Origin: Candidatus Bathyarchaeota archaeon
GTDB taxonomy: Archaea > Thermoproteota > Bathyarchaeia > Bathyarchaeales > Bathycorpusculaceae
Direction of reading: 5' to 3'
Assembly (NCBI GenBank): GCA_963811105.1
Contig: CAWEPZ010000011.1
Location: 32,001 to 96,000, forward strand
Length of the DNA: 64,000 bases
Shown here: one piece after another, positions 57,694 through 64,000 of the stretch
How the letters are laid out: each line of letters opens with the position of its first letter
Numbering within the stretch: the first letter of the stretch is position 1
Notes under the pieces: model-generated
What the model was told of the DNA's origin: nothing
Database searches by the model: none
What the model saw: only the letters and a program-made list of their open reading frames with translations
Program-made: the position numbers and the translations under genes

Positions 57694-59241
57694 TTACCTT
57701 TCTGTCTTTATGATGGTATATCCTTTGTCTTCTACTTTTTGTAAAATAATATTCAAAATATCTTCATTATTGGATGAAGAAGAAACAACTGTTATAGTTG
57801 CTGGGGGCGTTATGCCCTCAACAATTCTTAATAATGCTCTGCCAACTGGATCATTAATTGCCGTTTTTTGATTCGCTTCATATTCTATCTTTAAAACTTC
57901 AAGGAGCCTCTTTGCAGAGTCCATGTCTAATTGTTCAAGTTGACTAATTGACCGTCGTATCTTACGCATTTTAGTGGGCTCTAAAACCTTCTCTGAAGGC
58001 TCAACAACAACTATTTTCTCTGTTAATTGTAGTGTTTTCTTCAAAGATTCTCGAGGATTTATCGGCGTGGACATTGCGAGTACCTCGTCACAGTTATAAA
58101 TGGCTAAAGCAGTGGGCAAAGACTCTAAAGCAAAAGTGTAAGCTGACATAACCAAATCAAATGCCAACTTGTCTGCTTCCTCAGCATCTTTAGCGGTCAA
58201 ATCAGCAACCAAAATAGCATTCTGTCCCTGAGCACCCGTAAACTCTTTGACAACAAGTTTTCCAAAAAGAAACGTATGCTTCCAATCAACATCTTTCCAC
58301 CTGTCTCCTGGCTGATACTCACGGCTCCCACGGTACTCTACCCCCGTCTTAGCTGACTTGTCGGAGCGCTCAGAAACAACGGAACCAATCATGCTTGAAC
58401 CGGATGCAGTGCGCTCAAGATACTTAATGGCAAGCCAACGAGCATACTTAGCCCTCGGAATAATGTGCAAATCAACAGGTTCCAAATCTTGACCAGTAAT
58501 AACTAGTCCGCGCGAATCAACCGCCAGTGCATGGAGCAAAACTTTGTTTGGTCCAGCCAAAGGTGGTGTGAAATTTAAATTCACATTCACTTCGCTATTG
58601 GTTGGCAACACAAACTCTGAATGCTCAATGTTTACCCAGGGAGCCAGAGACGAGAGAGAAACAAAAACGGGCATATTACATTTTGTCTTGAGTGGATACA
58701 AATTATTTGCAGTTTCTCCTACTACCACCCTGTTCCATGTTTTTGATTCCTCAAAAGGTGCTCTAGGAATTTTGCGAAAAGCACTTACTAAACCAACTGC
58801 AAAATAAGCGCCTAAAAGAGCAGCGGTCAACATAAGAGTCAGATTCCAAAGTAGGGCTGAAGCAACAAACACAGCGATCAACCCAGTGCTCAATACCTTT
58901 AAGATATCGGAGGCAGTTCTGCCAACTTTCTTGAAAACGAAACTCTGAGCCGAAGCAGTTTCTTTAAGGCTTTCGTCTAAAAGCAATAATCCGGGAACTA
59001 TCAACAACACAGCAAAGACCCCACCAAAGATAGTAGTAAATGCTAAAGGAGCAAGAATTAGAGAGCTAAAAACCAAAATCAAGCTTATGCTTCTTTTAGG
59101 TTGCCTGTATGCTAAACCAAGCTGAATCGCTAACAAAGCGAGAGCCAAACCCAACTGCGGAAGCGGAGAGACCAAAATAGCTAGCAAAAGCATTGATACA
59201 AAGTATACTTTAGCAACTGTTTTTATCGTAACTGCAACCAT
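57694..59241 (-). CDS. DUF58 family protein with N-terminal TM segments
   Basis: EYRGSREYQPGDRWKDVDWK...LVVKEF. Directly after moxR. Confidence 0.88.
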   Translation of the reverse strand: MVAVTIKTVAKVYFVSMLLLAILVSPLPQLGLALALLAIQLGLAYRQPKRSISLILVFSSLILAPLAFTTIFGGVFAVLLIVPGLLLLDESLKETASAQSFVFKKVGRTASDILKVLSTGLIAVFVASALLWNLTLMLTAALLGAYFAVGLVSAFRKIPRAPFEESKTWNRVVVGETANNLYPLKTKCNMPVFVSLSSLAPWVNIEHSEFVLPTNSEVNVNLNFTPPLAGPNKVLLHALAVDSRGLVITGQDLEPVDLHIIPRAKYARWLAIKYLERTASGSSMIGSVVSERSDKSAKTGVEYRGSREYQPGDRWKDVDWKHTFLFGKLVVKEFTGAQGQNAILVADLTAKDAEEADKLAFDLVMSAYTFALESLPTALAIYNCDEVLAMSTPINPRESLKKTLQLTEKIVVVEPSEKVLEPTKMRKIRRSISQLEQLDMDSAKRLLEVLKIEYEANQKTAINDPVGRALLRIVEGITPPATITVVSSSSNNEDILNIILQKVEDKGYTIIKTER

Positions 59242-59271
59242 TGGTTCTTCAGCTGTTTAGCATTGGTTTAA

Positions 59272-60216
59272 TTATATTTTTGGAACTGCGACGTTTTTGA
59301 GGACTCTATTCACTATGTCAATAGACTTTACGTTTTCCATTTCGGCTTCGGGTTTAACGTGTATTCTATGAATCATAACTGGAACGGTTAACTTTTTCAC
59401 GTCATCTGGTAACACATAATCTCTTCCCTGCAAGAAGGCAAACGCTCTTGCCCCTTTGTAAAACGAAACACTTGCTCGGGTACTGGGACCAGTGAGAATA
59501 TCTGGATCCTCACGGGCAAACCTTACCAACGAAACGATGTAATCTCTAACTTCATCAGATACGTGGACTTTCTTCACCGCTAACTGAAGACCCGCAATCT
59601 CCTCAAGTGAAACAACGGCTTTAACGTCGGACGCTTCAATATAATCTAACTTAGAAATAACCTGCTCCTCATCCACTTTACTTAGGTAATCGCTCCAAAC
59701 CCTAAACATGAACCGGTCAGCTTGCACCTCGGTCAATGGATAAGTTCCCTCAGACCCATAGGGTAACTGACTTGCAATTATCATAAAAGGTCTGGGTAAA
59801 ACATGCGTTTCTCCTTCAATTGTTACTTGTCTTTCTTGCATGGCTTCGATTAAAGCAGCCTGAGTTCTGGGCGTTGTTCTGTTTAACTCATCAGACAAAA
59901 CCACGTTGGCAAATAATGGCCCTTTCAAAAAGCGGGACTTCCCATTAGGTGTGTAAAGATTAAATCCTGTTACGTCTGCAGGCAACATATCTGGCGTAAA
60001 CTGAATTCTCTTGAACTCTCCTCCTATGACACGAGAAAAGGTTTTCGCAAGGAGAGTTTTGGCTGTTCCAGGTAAACCTTCGATTAGAACATGCCCCTCG
60101 CTTAATAATGCGACAAGAAGCATTTCTTTTATTTCTTCTTTACCTATAACAACGTTTGAAACTTCGTCAAGAATTCTGCCTGGTATTCCAGTTATGTCTT
60201 TAACGTTTGTCGCCAA
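59272..60216 (-). CDS. moxR: MoxR family AAA+ ATPase
   Basis: GLPGTAKT, RIQFTPDMLPAD, DELNR, AMQERQVT and GTYPLTEVQADRF. Confidence 0.95.
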   Translation of the reverse strand: MATNVKDITGIPGRILDEVSNVVIGKEEIKEMLLVALLSEGHVLIEGLPGTAKTLLAKTFSRVIGGEFKRIQFTPDMLPADVTGFNLYTPNGKSRFLKGPLFANVVLSDELNRTTPRTQAALIEAMQERQVTIEGETHVLPRPFMIIASQLPYGSEGTYPLTEVQADRFMFRVWSDYLSKVDEEQVISKLDYIEASDVKAVVSLEEIAGLQLAVKKVHVSDEVRDYIVSLVRFAREDPDILTGPSTRASVSFYKGARAFAFLQGRDYVLPDDVKKLTVPVMIHRIHVKPEAEMENVKSIDIVNRVLKNVAVPKI

Positions 60217-61105
60217 CCCTCGCTCCCTTCCGCCACATTGAATTTAGAGATAAAACCAATATCACTGCTATTAAGCTTAACGTGCCATAAGACGAAGAGA
60301 CCGCTCCATATACGACTGCAATAGTAGCCTTAGCATCATCTAAAGGCTCCTTAGGTAAATGAGATTGATCAGCAAACGCGGCAGAGCTCCCTCCTTGCAC
60401 ACCCATAACATTGTTGATGAACTGTAAATTATCATCTAATCCAATCATTCCGTTAATCATGAGGCTTGGGTCAGCAACTGCAACTACGACGCCTTGGCCT
60501 AGTGGGCTATATGCTACGACAGGAAAAGGCCCGTTAGGTTCATTATTGTTCCATGAACCATCACCATTGACGTCTAAAAAGCTGAACGTGGAAGAATAAG
60601 CTACCACGGTGGACTCAGAGGTGTTATTCAAACTGGAGGCATGATTAAAAACTATGCTGCTTACATTTGCTCCAATTGAGGAATTTGAGAAATCCGTAAT
60701 TTTAGGAAGCCACTTATCCTTATAATTGTACAAGGGATCCAGCATTGGCACACCAGTAAACCTCATTTTCAACCCAACACTGTTTAGAACTTGATTCCCA
60801 AAACCGTAATCGTCAAGAATCGCCAAGGTTCCGCCATTCAAAACATAGTTTTTCAGTTGTGAAAGTTCAGAATCAGAAAACGTTTCATATGGTACTATAA
60901 GAAGGGACGTTCCTTTCGGATTAGCGGGCAAATGATCAAACGTATTTACCAAAGTGAGCTTAGCTTTTGAGCTAAGCGTTGAAAGCCCGTTCCAGGATGG
61001 ATTTTCAACCCTGAAATCTCCGTTTGGCGGGAAGAACCAAATCAAAGTTAACATTGAAACTACGATGATCAAGGTTAAGCCAAGTAAGAGTTTATTTGTT
61101 TTCAC
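60200..61105 (-). CDS. DUF4350-like membrane-anchored protein
   Basis: NPSWNGLS, GGTLAILDDYG and ADPSLMINGMI, in the usual position before moxR. Confidence 0.75.
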   Translation of the reverse strand: MKTNKLLLGLTLIIVVSMLTLIWFFPPNGDFRVENPSWNGLSTLSSKAKLTLVNTFDHLPANPKGTSLLIVPYETFSDSELSQLKNYVLNGGTLAILDDYGFGNQVLNSVGLKMRFTGVPMLDPLYNYKDKWLPKITDFSNSSIGANVSSIVFNHASSLNNTSESTVVAYSSTFSFLDVNGDGSWNNNEPNGPFPVVAYSPLGQGVVVAVADPSLMINGMIGLDDNLQFINNVMGVQGGSSAAFADQSHLPKEPLDDAKATIAVVYGAVSSSYGTLSLIAVILVLSLNSMWRKGARVGDKR

Positions 61106-63062
61106 TCTTCAGTATCCTCCCAATTTTGTCTGCGTAACCTTGTGCTTTTACTAAATCTTGCTCTTCAGGCATATGTGCGGAATAAATTGATCTTTCAGTC
61201 AATACCGTCAAATCTCCAAACGGATAAGCTGAGTTCCCAAGACGATCTTCAGTTAGATGCAAAAACTCGCGCAAAGTCATATCTTGGTTCATTACAGTTC
61301 CTGTGAATGACTCGATACTTCTTAGGGCTTTAATGTAAGCCTCCAAAACTTTACCCTTAACTCCTTCGAACTTGAACTCCGGATTAAGAGAAGGCTCCGC
61401 CCTAATTGTTACTGAACTCTGCAGCTTCTCCAAATTTTTATCTGCAACCAGTTTTCCTCTATTTTTCTTCGTTTTGGACCCAGCAAACCTCAAGTATAAA
61501 ACTCCACATACCGAGAAGGAAGCCGCAAGAGAAACTGCGGTACTTACCGAGTTTAAAACGAAAACACCGATATTTTTCTGCGCTAATTCTTGCCAAGATT
61601 CAGCTGGCTTCACTGAAATCTTGATGTTTTGAGTGCCAGCAAAAATTGCACTTAAAGGTATGTTCATCGTTGAGTTGAAGGATCCATCATCCATCGTTGT
61701 AACCACGTCTGAAACGTATGCGAATTCTAGCGTAACAACTGCATTTTTCAATGGCCCTGATGCTGAACTTGCAATTCCAGAAACATGGACCTGCGACGGA
61801 AGAAAAACAAACGAAGGCACATTAACGCTCAGTTTCGAAGCAATCTTTGTGACTAATACATTTGCGCTTTGGTTTACCCCTGAGTATAGTCCTTCAGGAT
61901 CAATGTTTGCAGCTAAGCTGTGAACCCCCATTGCCGTCTGAGAATTGAGAATACTTTCGATAGTGAATAGTCCTAATTCGTTAGTTTTGACCTGCCCAAC
62001 TATTTCCTCGTCAAAAAGTAACCTCACTACTCTTTGTTTTAGGGGAGACCCATCTTGGGAAGTTACTACTCCATTAACAGTGTAACTCAGACCTGGATAG
62101 GCGACGTTAGGTGTGGTTATGTTTAGGAGTGTTTGGTAGAATAATATGTTGATGGAGAGTTTTGTGCTTAAACCTGCTAAATATGTTTCCTTATCAATAC
62201 TGCTTGCAGGTGCATAAAGGGCCTGAACGGTCATTGTATTTACGTATTGATATGGAACATGAAAAATTGTATTGTATTGTCCATTAGAATCAGTGTTGAC
62301 GTCTGCAACTTTTGTTCCGTCTATAAGCAACGCAACCACTCGGTTTTGCATAACTTGTCCTGCCGCATTAAGCAAGCCTGAAGCTTTGACTGCTCCGCCG
62401 ACAAATACTGTTGTCGAATCAAGGTTAAGCGACAGCTGAGTGGAAACAAGTTGTTTGGCCTCAATCTCAGCAGCTTGTTTTTTGGTGCTCTGTAAAAGTT
62501 CATGGTACCGGTTAATCAGGTCATTTAGTTTTTGCAGAAGACCCTCAAGCGCATCATATGATTGTTTAATGTTGCTTTGAGCTGGGGCTGCAAAAACTCC
62601 TAGCCGTTGACTCACGGTTGCGGTTGCATCCTGCAGTTCACCTAAAAGTATCTGTACTCTTGCAACCAAAACGCCCGCGTTATTGAGCACTCGGGAAGCT
62701 TCACTTAATCGGTTTTGATTAAGTAGAGAAGAAGCATTGTCCAATGTGGTGCGAAGGTCCGATAAAGCGCCGATAAGTTGCTGAGTTATGTTGTTGTATC
62801 GATTTATGATGTAGCTTAAGTCTGCAGGCACGGCAATGTGGCTTAGCTGTTGAGTTAGCCTGCTTGCATTGTCGTATTGTTCGGAAGCAATAAACGACAG
62901 AATGCCTGCGTATTGGGATAGAAAAGAGTAAGGATCCATTGTGCTTTGGGCATTTAAAGGGTCCTCATGTGGAACATGTGCAGGTCCGGCGTTAACTGAA
63001 ACAGCTGATAACAAAAAAGAAAACGCTAAGATAAAGATGAAAGCGACTACAACAGGCTTCAT
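61092..63062 (-). CDS. Large secreted/membrane protein with Ig-like repeats and DUF4129-like C-terminus
   Basis: Signal peptide, coiled region, TDSNGQY-type beta repeats, TM and MTLREF...ERSIYS. Confidence 0.75.
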   Translation of the reverse strand: MKPVVVAFIFILAFSFLLSAVSVNAGPAHVPHEDPLNAQSTMDPYSFLSQYAGILSFIASEQYDNASRLTQQLSHIAVPADLSYIINRYNNITQQLIGALSDLRTTLDNASSLLNQNRLSEASRVLNNAGVLVARVQILLGELQDATATVSQRLGVFAAPAQSNIKQSYDALEGLLQKLNDLINRYHELLQSTKKQAAEIEAKQLVSTQLSLNLDSTTVFVGGAVKASGLLNAAGQVMQNRVVALLIDGTKVADVNTDSNGQYNTIFHVPYQYVNTMTVQALYAPASSIDKETYLAGLSTKLSINILFYQTLLNITTPNVAYPGLSYTVNGVVTSQDGSPLKQRVVRLLFDEEIVGQVKTNELGLFTIESILNSQTAMGVHSLAANIDPEGLYSGVNQSANVLVTKIASKLSVNVPSFVFLPSQVHVSGIASSASGPLKNAVVTLEFAYVSDVVTTMDDGSFNSTMNIPLSAIFAGTQNIKISVKPAESWQELAQKNIGVFVLNSVSTAVSLAASFSVCGVLYLRFAGSKTKKNRGKLVADKNLEKLQSSVTIRAEPSLNPEFKFEGVKGKVLEAYIKALRSIESFTGTVMNQDMTLREFLHLTEDRLGNSAYPFGDLTVLTERSIYSAHMPEEQDLVKAQGYADKIGRILKSENK

Positions 63063-63322
63063 AAGGTTACTCCAATTAGTATTTGCAGTACCTTCAGCGC
63101 AACTATAATTATGAAAATTGCGAAAAGTAAATATCCAATTAGATTAGTTGTTTTTTGAGTCTTCATGTTAAATGGTGAATGCAATAGCGTTAAGATGAAA
63201 TATTCAACAATATATATCGAAACAAATAGGTCTAAGCCGCTTGCGGTATAAAACGAAAGAGCAAAAGTGGTTAAGGCATACGAGAGGGCTAAAGAAACAA
63301 TGTATCTTTCTGTGGTTTTCAG
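63059..63322 (-). CDS. 87-aa membrane protein with probable CTG start; not in the ORF track
   Basis: Open frame LKTTERYIVSLALSY...LDLFVSIYIVEYF...KVLQILIGVTL* fills the gap exactly, with CTGA and ATGA overlaps on its two sides. Confidence 0.75.
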   Translation of the reverse strand: MKTTERYIVSLALSYALTTFALSFYTASGLDLFVSIYIVEYFILTLLHSPFNMKTQKTTNLIGYLLFAIFIIIVALKVLQILIGVTL

Positions 63323-64000
63323 ACACTTCGCCCCGCCAACTTTAGCTCAACAACACATTTACGCCCGCTATATTGCTCGTTATCAACGGTAACCGGCTTA
63401 TCCAAGACCTCAGCAACCACAGAAGCAACGATTGAAGCAACCGGGCTGCCTAAGCTCTCATAAACCCACATTTTCTTGTATTCCAAACGCGGGTTAGAAA
63501 TTTCAACTCGAATTTTCTCTTCATCCATGGCCACTTTGGCGCCATCTGCCAAATTAATTTTGTTAACAAGAACAAGCGTAAGAGCTGCTTCTAAATCGCC
63601 TTCTGATGCATCAGATTTCGCTGTTACCATGCCTGCAACAGCCGATCCCGGTGTGGTAACTAACAAACCCATGTCTTCTGGGTTAGAACCATACTTAACA
63701 ATAAGCCGCTTGGGCAAAACTACGTTCCCAAGTTTAGGTGGATGAGGATTTGAATGCAATGGGATAAGAGCCTGTGGCTTCCCAGAAGTCATTGAAGATG
63801 GCAAATAGATTGCTTTTGACTTTAAGCCCAACTCTTCCACAATCGCGGAAATGTTTTCAATTCCAGACTGTAAGAGTATCTCGCTTGCTTCTGGGGTGAT
63901 TTTCGGCTGGCCTCTCCCTAGCGCAAGTGATATTGCGCCTAAAATGATAGTTGATAATCCAAGCGCTGTGATGGGGGTTGATTGTAGAATAATGAATGCC
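63319..64000 (-). CDS. Conserved archaeal membrane protein, 5' end beyond window
   Basis: Frame open to the window edge. TM followed by KAIYLPS, LVTTPGS and LGSPVASIVASVVAE. Confidence 0.75.
   Translation of the reverse strand, partial: AFIILQSTPITALGLSTIILGAISLALGRGQPKITPEASEILLQSGIENISAIVEELGLKSKAIYLPSSMTSGKPQALIPLHSNPHPPKLGNVVLPKRLIVKYGSNPEDMGLLVTTPGSAVAGMVTAKSDASEGDLEAALTLVLVNKINLADGAKVAMDEEKIRVEISNPRLEYKKMWVYESLGSPVASIVASVVAEVLDKPVTVDNEQYSGRKCVVELKLAGRSV

Noticed and set aside
1-64000. CRISPR array, IS element, provirus or rRNA
   Set aside because: No regularly spaced repeat-spacer units and no transposase, integrase, capsid or rRNA-like sequence were recognised.

Overview
This is an archaeal window, most likely Bathyarchaeia. 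That call is inferred from the gene families, an archaeal-type IleRS, a CCA-less tRNA, GGAGGTG ribosome-binding sites and oligo-T terminators. Bases 1 to about 44,400 form a large surface-glycan/cell-envelope locus, almost all on the minus strand. It holds many GT4 and GT2 glycosyltransferases, a NodZ-like transferase, a DegT aminotransferase, SAM/FkbM methyltransferases, an NDP-sugar epimerase, a polysaccharide deacetylase, two APH/choline-kinase-like phosphotransferases plus a relic of a third, and two paralogous secreted repeat proteins. Most genes left of about 40 kb are split by single-base indels, probably low-coverage assembly errors, so their coordinates are reconstructed and approximate; a few are true decayed relics. 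The most interesting element is a tightly coupled comA-comB-ATP-grasp ligase operon followed by a PIG-L/BshB-like de-N-acetylase, with no comC/D/E in the window. This suggests sulfolactate is used to modify an amino sugar or build a bacillithiol-like compound rather than coenzyme M (inference). The right third is intact housekeeping: mscL, Lrp-like gene, nfnAB, AbrB-PhoU regulator, tRNA-Ala(CGC), ileS and a DUF4129/DUF4350/MoxR/DUF58 cluster. No CRISPR array, integrase, transposase or reverse transcriptase was seen.
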